Source of the DNA: Thermoguttaceae bacterium
GTDB taxonomy: Bacteria; Planctomycetota; Planctomycetia; Pirellulales; Thermoguttaceae
Assembly: GCA_963674475.2 (NCBI GenBank)
Contig: CAXXFQ010000019.1
Location: 410,168 to 474,167, forward strand
DNA length: 64,000 bases
Reading direction: 5' to 3'
Below, one piece after another: positions 8,907 through 17,416 of this stretch. The notes under the pieces were generated by a model, which had not been told where the DNA came from, ran no database searches, and saw nothing but the letters and a program-made list of their open reading frames with translations. How positions within the stretch are numbered: position 1 is the first letter of the stretch; each line of letters opens with the position of its first letter. Made by a program: the position numbers and the translations under genes.

Positions 8907-9443
8907 GTGAAATTGCTCAACACGTCGCCGAATTTTGCTGGTGAACTGTTTTCTTCCGCCGGCGATTCCTGTGAGCTCCTGGGGAGCAAAAGTGGGTTGT
9001 TTTGCAGCGGTGACCATGAAATCGACGATTCTGATCCGGGCGAAGAGCTCGAAAACGACGAGGAAGAGGAGTATGAGTACGTCGATGCCGACGAGGATGA
9101 AGACGAGGAGTATGAGTACGTAGACGTCGACGAAGACGGGGATGAAGACGAAGATGAAGAATATGAGTATGTAGACGTCGACGAAGACGAAGACGAGGAT
9201 GAGGATGAAGACGCCGACGAAGATGTAGAATACGAGTATGTCGACGAAGATGAGGATGAGAGTGAGGACGAAGACGAAGACGAGGAATGGGAAGAGGATG
9301 AGTGGGAAGAGGTAGAGGACGACGAAGAAGAGGATGAGGAGGACGAGGGCTGGGAAGACGATTGGGATGAAGACGAAGAAGATGCGGATGACGAAGAAGA
9401 CGATTGGGAATACGAAGACGAAGAGGAAGAGGAAGAGATTTGA
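8907..9443 (+). CDS. Hyper-acidic (Asp/Glu-rich) protein with EYEYVD repeats, unknown function
   Basis: GTG start at 8907 preceded by TAGGAGAAG. The C-terminal ~135 aa are almost entirely D/E with scattered Y, V, W, G and A. Four EYEYVD units differ only by synonymous codon changes in this frame (gag/gaa, tat/tac, gtc/gta, gat/gac), which supports plus-strand coding. Confidence 0.7.
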   Translation: MKLLNTSPNFAGELFSSAGDSCELLGSKSGLFCSGDHEIDDSDPGEELENDEEEEYEYVDADEDEDEEYEYVDVDEDGDEDEDEEYEYVDVDEDEDEDEDEDADEDVEYEYVDEDEDESEDEDEDEEWEEDEWEEVEDDEEEDEEDEGWEDDWDEDEEDADDEEDDWEYEDEEEEEEI

Positions 9444-9932
9444 GTCGGCAGCGTGTGCATCGAAGGCCTGATGGTGCCTCAAGCAAACGGACCGACCCTA
9501 TTCTTTTTTAGCCGACTTGTCGTTGATCGTTTTTCTCGATTTTTTCCGATTTTTGATAAAAGATTTTTTACTCGCTTCACGGAAAATCGACCTCGTCGAA
9601 TCAGGAAATGAATTTTGGCCTCACAGATCTTTTGTGGGGCCTTTTTCTTTTCTTGCTTGTCACTCGATCGCTCCTGTTCCCGGCAAAAACGGCCTGGCTT
9701 GAAAGGTTTTTTGTTCCTGGTGAGATTCGGTTTGCCTAGTAAGGTTGGTCGGGTCATGGTGCCCCGGAAAAGCAGACATATTTTCGTTTGGCTTGGATTT
9801 TATGGCGGTTTTCTTCTCATTTTTCTTTTGGCGCGATCTTGTCGGAATCGAAGGGATGGCGTAAGCTAATCGTTGTTCGATGCGATCCTGACGGAAGGCA
9901 GATCGACAACGGTTGTCGGTCCTCAAGGATGA

Positions 9933-12173
9933 ATGCTGGGTGCGGGTAAGCAAACCATGACCAAAAATCGTGATCGTTTTTCCTCTTCTCAAGAACCTGA
10001 TTCCGAAAAGAAAATTCCTTTTGGCGAGTTGACGCTCGATCCGGCTCGGCGGGAGGAGACGCTCTTGACGGCCCGTCGCGCGATCACGCTGACACGTCAA
10101 TGGTTGCTTCGTCAACAGCACGACGATGGCCATTGGGTCGCCGAGTTGGAAGGGGACACGATCCTCGAGAGTGAGTTCATTTTGCTGCTGACCTTCCTCG
10201 GTGAAGAGCATTCCGAGATGGCACGGCGCGCGGCCAACTATCTGCTTCAAAAACAAATGCCCGAGGGCGGTTGGCAGATGTATCCGGGCGGGAAGCTCGA
10301 GATCAGCGGCAGCGTCAAAGCGTATTTCGCGTTGAAGCTGACCGGTCACGATCCGCGGGCCGAATACATGCAGCGGGCTCGTCAAGCGATTCTCGCCCAC
10401 GGCGGGGCCGACGCGGTCAACAGCTACACGCGTTTCTATTTGGCCTTGTTGGGGCAAATCTCTTACGAACATTGCCCGGCCGTGCCGCCGGAGTTCCTTC
10501 TCGCGCCGAAATGGTTCCCGATCAACCTGTACAAGGTCAGCTCTTGGTCGCGGACGATGATCGTTCCCCTTTCACTGATGTGGAGCCATCGGCCGGTGCG
10601 CGAGTTGGACCCGAGTCGTGGGATTCGCGAACTTTTCATTCGGGAACCGAACGAGTGGCCGACGCTTCGGTGTCCCGACTTGCCGGGTGGAACCGGTCTT
10701 TTCAGTTGGGATCGTTTTTTCCGTTTGGTCGACAAGGGGCTCAAATGGTGTCATCGCCACGGAGTGACGCCCCTTCGGCGTCGGGCGATCGAGCGAGCCG
10801 AACAGTGGATGCTCGAGCGGTTTGAGGGAAGTGACGGGCTCGGGGCGATTTTTCCGCCGATCGTGTGGAGTTGGATCTCGTTGAGGTGTCTTGGCTATGC
10901 GGACGATAGCCCGGAGGTTCTCGAGTGCCGCAAGCAATTGGAAGATTTGATTATTGAAGATGTCGAGGGCGAGACGGTCCGTATTCAGCCGTGCAAATCG
11001 CCGGTCTGGGACACGGCCCTTTCGATTCTCGCGTTGGTCGACGCGGGCGTGCATCGCGATCGGGCCGAATTGCGTCGGGCGGTCGACTGGCTGTTGGAAA
11101 AACAGATTCGGCGTCCGGGCGATTGGTCGGAGACGGTCGACGTCGAGCCGGGTGGTTGGGCGTTTGAGTACCACAATGATTTTTATCCCGACACGGACGA
11201 CACGGCGATAGCCCTGATGGCGATCAACACCCAGTTCCAGGAAGCCGGCGGAGATCTCGGGGCGTTGCCGCCGGATATTCGGGTCGCGATGAACCGTTCG
11301 GACGATCCGCACGACCAGGCGCAGGTCAGCCGAATGAAGGGGGCGGCCGAGGCGATTCGACTGGGCCTCGACTGGATATTGGCGATGCAAAACCGCGATG
11401 GCGGTTGGGGCGCCTTCGACAAGGACAACGATTGCCGGTTGCTTTGCCATGTGCCGTTTGCCGATCACAACGCGATGATCGATCCGAGTTCGCCCGATTT
11501 GACCGGCCATATTTTGGATTCGCTCGGGGAATTGGGGCACCGTGTCGGCAATGATGCACAAGGTGACAGCGATTCGCAAGTTGATAAGGCGGTTGCCTAT
11601 TTGCGGAAAAACCAAGAGGCCAACGGAAGTTGGTTCGGTCGTTGGGGGGTCAATTATATTTACGGCACCGGCGAGGTGATGGGCGGGCTGGCGGCCGTGG
11701 GGGTTGACCGAGACGATCCGGCAATAGTAGCCGGGGCCAATTGGCTCTTGTCGGTCCATCAATCCGACGGCGGTTGGGGCGAGTCGGCCGATTCGTATGA
11801 ACCGGACGGAACACCGGGAGTCGGCCCGTCGACCGCGTCGCAAACGGCCTGGGCAATCATGGGGCTGATGGCCGCCGGGCTGGAAAACCATCCGGCCGTT
11901 TTGGAGGGAATTCAGTATCTGGTTGAAAACCAAAACGAGGATGGAACGTGGGACGAACCGGAGTTCACCGGTACTGGTTTCCCGCGCGTTTTCTATCTTC
12001 ACTATCATTACTATCGAATTTACTTCCCGCTGATGGCCATTTCTCGATGGGCCGTGGCGGTGTCGAAGATCTCGGACACCTTCCCGGCGCCCGAGTTGCG
12101 GCTGGTTGGAATGGACGAAGATCAAGGCGGCGAAAAAGACGCGACATCGAAAGCGACGGCTGAGACTTCGTGA
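9933..12173 (+). CDS. shc: Squalene-hopene cyclase
   Basis: Contains the DxDDTA motif (FYPDTDDTAIAL), QW-type repeats (DGGWG, NGSWFGRWG, DGGWGES) and an N-terminal QQHDDGHWVAELEGDTILESEFILL block. An alternative start lies at 9957 (MTKNRD). Confidence 0.92.
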   Translation: MLGAGKQTMTKNRDRFSSSQEPDSEKKIPFGELTLDPARREETLLTARRAITLTRQWLLRQQHDDGHWVAELEGDTILESEFILLLTFLGEEHSEMARRAANYLLQKQMPEGGWQMYPGGKLEISGSVKAYFALKLTGHDPRAEYMQRARQAILAHGGADAVNSYTRFYLALLGQISYEHCPAVPPEFLLAPKWFPINLYKVSSWSRTMIVPLSLMWSHRPVRELDPSRGIRELFIREPNEWPTLRCPDLPGGTGLFSWDRFFRLVDKGLKWCHRHGVTPLRRRAIERAEQWMLERFEGSDGLGAIFPPIVWSWISLRCLGYADDSPEVLECRKQLEDLIIEDVEGETVRIQPCKSPVWDTALSILALVDAGVHRDRAELRRAVDWLLEKQIRRPGDWSETVDVEPGGWAFEYHNDFYPDTDDTAIALMAINTQFQEAGGDLGALPPDIRVAMNRSDDPHDQAQVSRMKGAAEAIRLGLDWILAMQNRDGGWGAFDKDNDCRLLCHVPFADHNAMIDPSSPDLTGHILDSLGELGHRVGNDAQGDSDSQVDKAVAYLRKNQEANGSWFGRWGVNYIYGTGEVMGGLAAVGVDRDDPAIVAGANWLLSVHQSDGGWGESADSYEPDGTPGVGPSTASQTAWAIMGLMAAGLENHPAVLEGIQYLVENQNEDGTWDEPEFTGTGFPRVFYLHYHYYRIYFPLMAISRWAVAVSKISDTFPAPELRLVGMDEDQGGEKDATSKATAETS

Positions 12174-12239
12174 GACGACTCGTCCGAAAAAAGTTTGCTC
12201 CGCTGATCACCACCGATTCTCATAAATAGAAAAAACTCC

Positions 12240-13259
12240 ATGCGATTTCCCTTCTCGTTGACCCGTTCGATGGGTGGTTACCTTTTGAAGAAACGGTTGG
12301 CCGGTGCACGCCGTTTCCCGCTGGTTTTGATGCTCGAGCCGTTGCACGCGTGTAACCTCCGTTGTGTCGGGTGCGGTCGGGTTCGGGAGTATGCCGACTG
12401 GGCCGCGAAGCAGTTGACTCTCGATCAATGTCTGGCCGCGGTCGACGAGTGCGAGGCGCCGGTCGTGAGCCTTTGCGGCGGGGAACCGCTGATTTATCCG
12501 GAAATCGGTCCGTTGGTCGAGTCGATTTTGGAACGCAAAAAGCATATCTATCTCTGCACGAACGGGGTGAAGCTGGAATCGTCGCTTGAAAAATTCCGTC
12601 CGAGCGATCGGTTGTTTATCAATGTTCATATCGACGGGATGGAGGCGACTCACGACGCGATCGTCGGCCGGGAAGGGGTTTTCGCCCAAGCGGTCGCCGG
12701 AATTCGCGCGGCGGTCGAGGCCGGGTTCATGGTTTGCACGAACACGACCGTCTATCGGGGGACCGATCTGAACGAGGTGGCCGTGTTATTCGAATATCTT
12801 GAAGAATTGGGCGTCGGCGGGGTGATGGTTTCGCCCGCCTACGGCTATAAGGCGGTCCAGGATACCTCGCCGGAGGAGGCTGAAGCGATTTTCATGACTC
12901 GTGACGAGGTCCATGAGAAATTTCGCGAGGCGCGGGCCATGCTTTCGTCCTATCGATTGACGACGACGCCGGTTTATTTCGATTTTCTTTGCGGTCAGCG
13001 GGATCTTACCTGTGCCGCGTGGGCCAATCCGACCTATAATATATGTGGATGGAAGGGGCCCTGTTATTTGGTGACCGACCGTCATTACGAAACGTACCGA
13101 GAGTTGTTGGATTCGACCGATTGGGACGCGCTCGGGCCGGGCAACGATCCGCGTTGCGAGCATTGTCTGGTCCATTGCGGGTTTGAGCCGGCGGCCGTGT
13201 TGGAGGCGAATCAGCGTTTCCGTGATTTTTGGAAAATGGCCGTCTGGCAAATGAAGTAG
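12240..13259 (+). CDS. hpnH: Hopanoid biosynthesis radical SAM protein HpnH (adenosylhopane synthase)
   Basis: Radical SAM CX3CX2C motif (LHACNLRCVGCG), 339 aa, HpnH-like C-terminal Cys-rich region (CEHCLVHCGFEP), and position immediately downstream of shc. Confidence 0.85.
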   Translation: MRFPFSLTRSMGGYLLKKRLAGARRFPLVLMLEPLHACNLRCVGCGRVREYADWAAKQLTLDQCLAAVDECEAPVVSLCGGEPLIYPEIGPLVESILERKKHIYLCTNGVKLESSLEKFRPSDRLFINVHIDGMEATHDAIVGREGVFAQAVAGIRAAVEAGFMVCTNTTVYRGTDLNEVAVLFEYLEELGVGGVMVSPAYGYKAVQDTSPEEAEAIFMTRDEVHEKFREARAMLSSYRLTTTPVYFDFLCGQRDLTCAAWANPTYNICGWKGPCYLVTDRHYETYRELLDSTDWDALGPGNDPRCEHCLVHCGFEPAAVLEANQRFRDFWKMAVWQMK

Positions 13260-13277
13260 AAAAAAAGAAAACACAAA

Positions 13278-13484
13278 GAGAGGGATTGCGAAGCAATCCC
13301 GGCGGCCAGGGGCCGCGGCCGGACCGGCGTTACCACGCCACTGCGCGAACCCGCTCCCGTTGGTCGCTGGCATCGATACTAGCGACCAACGGGAGCGGGC
13401 AAGTGCTAACGGTGCGGTAGCACCAAGAAAAAAGTTTTTGAGGGGAGAGTTTGAGAGGGGGCAATTTTCAAAATGTCCCCTTTC
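13278..13484 (+). repeat. Composite palindromic intergenic repeat, full copy A
   Basis: Starts 19 nt after the hpnH stop. Its modules are GGGATTGC-GAA-GCAATCCC, the palindrome GGCCGCGGCC, GGCG-TTACCA-CGCC, a 21-bp stem CCCGCTCCCGTTGGTCGCTGG/CTAGCGACCAACGGGAGCGGG (13350-13399, 8-nt loop), GGTGC-GGTA-GCACC, and then ATTTTCAAAATGT. It is near-identical in order and sequence to 36724-36900. Confidence 0.85.
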
Positions 13485-13646
13485 ATAAAAATAAAAACAG
13501 GCGCAGGCGAAGCCGAAGCTCCATTATATTTTCCTCCGACACCATTTTTGTCGACGCTAAACCTTCGACCTCAGCCCCGACCCCCATTCAAAAACACCCC
13601 CTCTTCGAAGACACCCAACCGCACCGAGCCATCAAGCGAGAAGATC

Positions 13647-13925
13647 ATGCCGTTGTACGAATACGAATCCGAAGGCAAAGGTTGTCCGTTTTGCAAGGAT
13701 CGTTTCGAAGTACTCCAATCGATCAACGCCGCGTCGCTGAGTGAATGTCCGGAATGTGGCGCGCCGTGTCATCGGGTACTTTCCTCTTTTTCGATGGCCA
13801 AAAGCACGGGCGACATTTTGAGCAAGAAGAATCTCGAGGCGAAAGGGTTCACGCAGTACAAAAAAGCCGGCGATGGCCGTTATGAAAAAACGCTTGGCAA
13901 GGGGCCGAACGTGATCAAGCGGTAG
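13647..13925 (+). CDS. FmdB-family zinc-ribbon protein
   Basis: MPLYEYESEGKGCPFCKDRFEVLQSINAASLSECPECGAPCHRVLS shows the typical FmdB N-terminus with CxxC...CxxC. The longer ORF from 13473 would read through the repeat element, so I took ATG 13647 as the start. Confidence 0.8.
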   Translation: MPLYEYESEGKGCPFCKDRFEVLQSINAASLSECPECGAPCHRVLSSFSMAKSTGDILSKKNLEAKGFTQYKKAGDGRYEKTLGKGPNVIKR

Positions 13926-13977
13926 ATAGGTAATCGCCAAACAAAAGCTAACTGTGTTTAAAGAAACAAGGCATTCC

Positions 13978-14017
13978 CTTCGATGGAAAGGAATGCCTTT
14001 GTTTTTTATGACTTTCG
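13978..14017. terminator. Bidirectional intrinsic terminator between convergent genes
   Basis: AAGGCATTCC...GGAATGCCTT forms a 10-bp stem. It is followed by TGTTTTTT on the plus strand and GTTTCTT on the minus strand. Confidence 0.75.
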
Positions 14018-14057
14018 GCATTTCATGTGACCGAAAAAAGGTCGCCTTGGTGTCTGC

Positions 14058-15365
14058 TTAGGCGAACTTCGTGACGCCGGGGATCGCCAGCGGGTACTTG
14101 CCGTCGGGGCCGGGCATGGCGGGCGGGTCGACTTCGAACGAGTATTTGCTCGGGGCAAACGACTGTTGCGAATTGATGGCGTCTTCCCACGTGATCTTCT
14201 TACCGGTCGTCGCGACCATGCGGCCGATGACGCCCAACATCGTGCTGGTGAGCATTCGGTCGCCGTCGTTGATGTAGCCGCCGGATTTGATCGCGTCGAA
14301 CAGGGCCTTGTGTTCGAGGTCGTACATGTTGCCGCTTGGGCCACGGTACTTCCACTTTTCCTCGCCGTTGACGATGCTTTTGAGGATGTTGGCCGTTCCC
14401 TTGGTGCCGGTGAAGCGGTCCGACACGTCGTTGTAGCAACCGGGTTGCTGACGGCAGAAGGCGTTCACCCGGACCCCGTCGCCATAGTCGTAAACGACGG
14501 CGAAGTGGTCGTAGATGTCGCCCTTCTTTTCGAGCATACGACCGCCCATGCCCCAGGCCGATTTCGGCGGCTTGTCGCCCATCGCCCAGGAGGCCTTGTC
14601 GAGACTGTGGATGTGTTGCTCGACGTTATGGTCGCCGGAGAGCCAGGTGTAGAAGTACCAGTTGCGAAGCTGGTATTCCATCTCGCTCATTTCCGGCTTG
14701 CGATCCATCGTTCGACCGACGTTGCCGACGATGTAGGTTTCTTCGATGTTCTGGATTTTGCCGATCTTTCCATCAAGGACCTGTTGCATGGTCGCCTTGA
14801 CGGCCGGGTGGTATCGCCAGCAGAATCCGGCCACCAGGTTGAGCTTCTTTTCCTTGGACTTCTTGACCGCAGCCATGGCTTTCCGCATGCCGGGGCCATC
14901 GATCGCCATCGGCTTTTCGCAGAAGATATGTTTGCCCGCATTGACGGCCGCTTCGAGGTGAATCGGACGGAAGTGGGGAAGTGCGACGAGCAGAACGACG
15001 TCGACATCCGTGGCGAGCAACTGTTTGTAGGCGTCAAAGCCGGTGAACTGGTGATCCGCCTCGACGGCCACTTGTTCCGGCTTTTGCTGCTTGAGTTGCT
15101 TGAGGCTGTTTTGTAAGGCGTCATCGAACATGTCGGCCATGGCGACCAGCTTGACGTTCGGGTCGGCGTTCATCGCGTTGACTGCCGCTCCGGTTCCACG
15201 ACCGCCGCAACCGATCAGGCCGATTTTGATTTCGCCACTTCCTTCGGCGTGGGCCATCCGGGTGAACGAGCCGCCGGCAAGAGCCGCCCCTGCCGCCAGA
15301 CCGGTCCCTTTGAGGAACGATCGGCGCGAGGTGGTTAGCGAGTTAAGCTTGGATTCTGATGCCAT
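14058..15365 (-). CDS. Gfo/Idh/MocA-family oxidoreductase with a Tat signal
   Basis: Twin-arginine signal TSRRSFLKGTGLAAGAALAG, Rossmann motif IGLIGCGGRG, 435 aa. Confidence 0.85.
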   Translation of the reverse strand: MASESKLNSLTTSRRSFLKGTGLAAGAALAGGSFTRMAHAEGSGEIKIGLIGCGGRGTGAAVNAMNADPNVKLVAMADMFDDALQNSLKQLKQQKPEQVAVEADHQFTGFDAYKQLLATDVDVVLLVALPHFRPIHLEAAVNAGKHIFCEKPMAIDGPGMRKAMAAVKKSKEKKLNLVAGFCWRYHPAVKATMQQVLDGKIGKIQNIEETYIVGNVGRTMDRKPEMSEMEYQLRNWYFYTWLSGDHNVEQHIHSLDKASWAMGDKPPKSAWGMGGRMLEKKGDIYDHFAVVYDYGDGVRVNAFCRQQPGCYNDVSDRFTGTKGTANILKSIVNGEEKWKYRGPSGNMYDLEHKALFDAIKSGGYINDGDRMLTSTMLGVIGRMVATTGKKITWEDAINSQQSFAPSKYSFEVDPPAMPGPDGKYPLAIPGVTKFA

Positions 15366-16110
15366 CGAAGTTCTCCTTCATGGAATGCAAAAGGGTAAAG
15401 GAATGTCTTGTGAGTGGACCGTTGTTTCCGTGAGTCAAAATTGCCCAAAGCGTAACGCCGATGTCGGCTGAGAAAGAAGAGCGCCGAAACGCCCGGTCTT
15501 GAACGCCCGTTCTTGGGTGGGAATTTTGCGTTGCTTGCAGGAAGGCCGGTCATGAAAAAAGGGGTGGTTTTAAGGCCGATCGCCGAGAGATCCATGAAAA
15601 TCCGCTCGAAAGCGAAATGGCTCAATGGGGGCGAGCGGCCAACAATCTATCATATATTCTCAGTATAATTAGCCCAAGCCGAAAAAACAACCATTGGAAA
15701 GGGGCTATCGGGAAAGCTTGTTTTCTGAGGGTCCAAGTCGCAAAAATCAGCAATCAGTGGTCCCAAGCGGTATTTCTGGGATAAAGGGGAGAGTTGATGG
15801 GCTGGTAAGGCAGGGGGAGACAGGCAGGCAATAGAGGGAGGCAGACAGATACTATAGGGGGAGTCAGGCAGATACTAAAAGTACCTATCGGTTTTTTTGA
15901 CGTGAATCAATTTGAAAAGTTTCCGCGTGTGGCTTGACGAATGAAATGGGGTGGGGCCCCCTGTTTGTGCTAGTGAGGGCCAAATTGACGATCTGTCTGG
16001 GGTTTGGTATCCTAAACGGCTTGTCCTTGAGGCGTATCTGAAGATGGCTACTGGGGGGGTGTACCGTCCCCCCTGTTTCGCACCCATATAAAAAAGGATT
16101 TGAGGAGATC

Positions 16111-17208
16111 ATGGCTCACGAAGTTACTCTGATTACCGGCGATGGCGTTGGTCCCGAACTGGCCGAAGCGGCGCGACGTTGTGTCGAGGCGACCGGCGTG
16201 GAAATCAACTGGGATGTCCAAGAGGCGGGCATCGACGTGATGGAGCGGACCGGGACGCCGTTGCCCGACTCGGTCATGGAAAGCATCAAGCGGACCCGAT
16301 GCGCCTTGAAGGCCCCGATCACGACCCCCGTCGGAACCGGTTTTCGAAGTATCAACGTCCACCTGCGACAAGAGTTGGGCCTGTTCGCCTGCATCCGACC
16401 GTGCAAGTATTACCCCGGCGTCCGGAGCTTCTTTAGCGAGATCCCGGTCGACCTGGTCATCGTTCGAGAAAATACCGAAGACCTTTACGCGGGGATCGAG
16501 TTCGAAAAGGGCCAACCGGCCACCGGCGAGTTGTTCGACTATATCAATCAAGTGTCGACCGGTAGCAAAATTCGTTCCGGCCGTGAGGAAACGGGCATCT
16601 CGATCAAGCCGATCAGCGTTTCCGGGAGCGAACGGATTATCCGCTGTGCGTTCGAATACGCCCGCGAAAACAACCGCAAAAAGGTCTCGGCGGTCCACAA
16701 AGCCAATATCATGAAGTACACCGACGGGCTGTATCTGGCGATCGCGCGCGACGTGGCCAAAGATTACCCCGATATCGAGTTCGAAGACCGAATTGTCGAC
16801 AATATGTGCATGCAATTGGCCCAGAAGCCCGAACTTTACGACGTCATCGTCTTACCGAACCTCTACGGCGATATTCTTAGTGATTTGGCGGCCGGTCTGG
16901 TTGGCGGGCTAGGTGTCGCGCCGGGGCTGAACGTCGGTCCCGACGGGGCCGTCTTCGAGGCGACCCACGGCAGCGCCCCGAAATACAAGGGACAAAACAA
17001 GGTCAACCCGACCGCGTTGATCCTCTCCGGGATGCTGATGCTTCGGCATTTGAAGGAGTTTGAAGCGGCCGATCGACTTGAGAAGGCCGTTGCCGCCGTC
17101 ATCGCCGAGGGCAAGGACGTCACCTACGATATGAAGCCCAACCGGGACGATCCGACCGCCGTGGGGACCCAAGAGATGGCCGACGCGATCTGTGCAAAGA
17201 TGAATTAA
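16111..17208 (+). CDS. Isocitrate/isopropylmalate dehydrogenase family protein, most like NAD-dependent isocitrate dehydrogenase
   Basis: [13 protein letters not shown]..., [32 protein letters not shown] and NLYGDILSD are family signatures. 365 aa, with GAGGAGA Shine-Dalgarno upstream. Confidence 0.8.
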   Translation: MAHEVTLITGDGVGPELAEAARRCVEATGVEINWDVQEAGIDVMERTGTPLPDSVMESIKRTRCALKAPITTPVGTGFRSINVHLRQELGLFACIRPCKYYPGVRSFFSEIPVDLVIVRENTEDLYAGIEFEKGQPATGELFDYINQVSTGSKIRSGREETGISIKPISVSGSERIIRCAFEYARENNRKKVSAVHKANIMKYTDGLYLAIARDVAKDYPDIEFEDRIVDNMCMQLAQKPELYDVIVLPNLYGDILSDLAAGLVGGLGVAPGLNVGPDGAVFEATHGSAPKYKGQNKVNPTALILSGMLMLRHLKEFEAADRLEKAVAAVIAEGKDVTYDMKPNRDDPTAVGTQEMADAICAKMN

Positions 17209-17271
17209 TTTTCCTTGGTGCTTCCGCATCGAGAAGAAACACGCCTCCATGAGCCAAAGGTGAACTTTTTT

Positions 17272-17311
17272 AGAAGAGCGATGGCCGAAAAGTGGATCGC
17301 TCTTCTTTTTT
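17272..17311 (+). terminator. Rho-independent terminator
   Basis: AGAAGAGCGAT-loop-ATCGCTCTTCT forms an 11-bp stem followed by TTTTTT. Confidence 0.8.
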
Positions 17312-17416
17312 GGTTTTTCCCTTTTTCTCTTGATCGAGAGCGCTTTTCCTTTCTGAAATTCCGATTACAATGAAATGATTCTGCTTTTTCCCCGTTTTTT
17401 CTTCAAGGAATAACCG

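Noticed and set aside
8865-9486. Three overlapping minus-strand ORFs (poly-Ser, Leu/Phe/Val-rich and Arg/His/Pro/Leu-rich) opposite the acidic gene
   Set aside because: They are mirror images of GAN-rich repeats. The repeat variants are synonymous only in the plus frame, and only the plus frame has a Shine-Dalgarno plus start.
9756-9869. 37-codon ORF with one hydrophobic segment upstream of shc
   Set aside because: It is too short and has no ribosome-binding site or conservation evidence, so it was left unannotated.
10572-12125. 517-aa ORF on the minus strand
   Set aside because: It is antisense to shc, which carries the DxDDTA and QW motifs. The composition is that of a shadow ORF.
13229-13420. 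Small ORFs translating the palindromic repeats (also 36732-37067, 25278-25694 and 12786-13373 in part)
   Set aside because: The similar peptides (RSNPGGQGPRPD.RYHAT) arise only because the DNA repeat is shared. The copies are truncated at structural, not codon, boundaries, and hairpin symmetry explains the conservation.
13473-13646. N-terminal 58-codon extension of the FmdB-like ORF
   Set aside because: It would begin inside the repeat element and is Pro-rich filler. FmdB proteins start with MP.YEY, which is found at ATG 13647.
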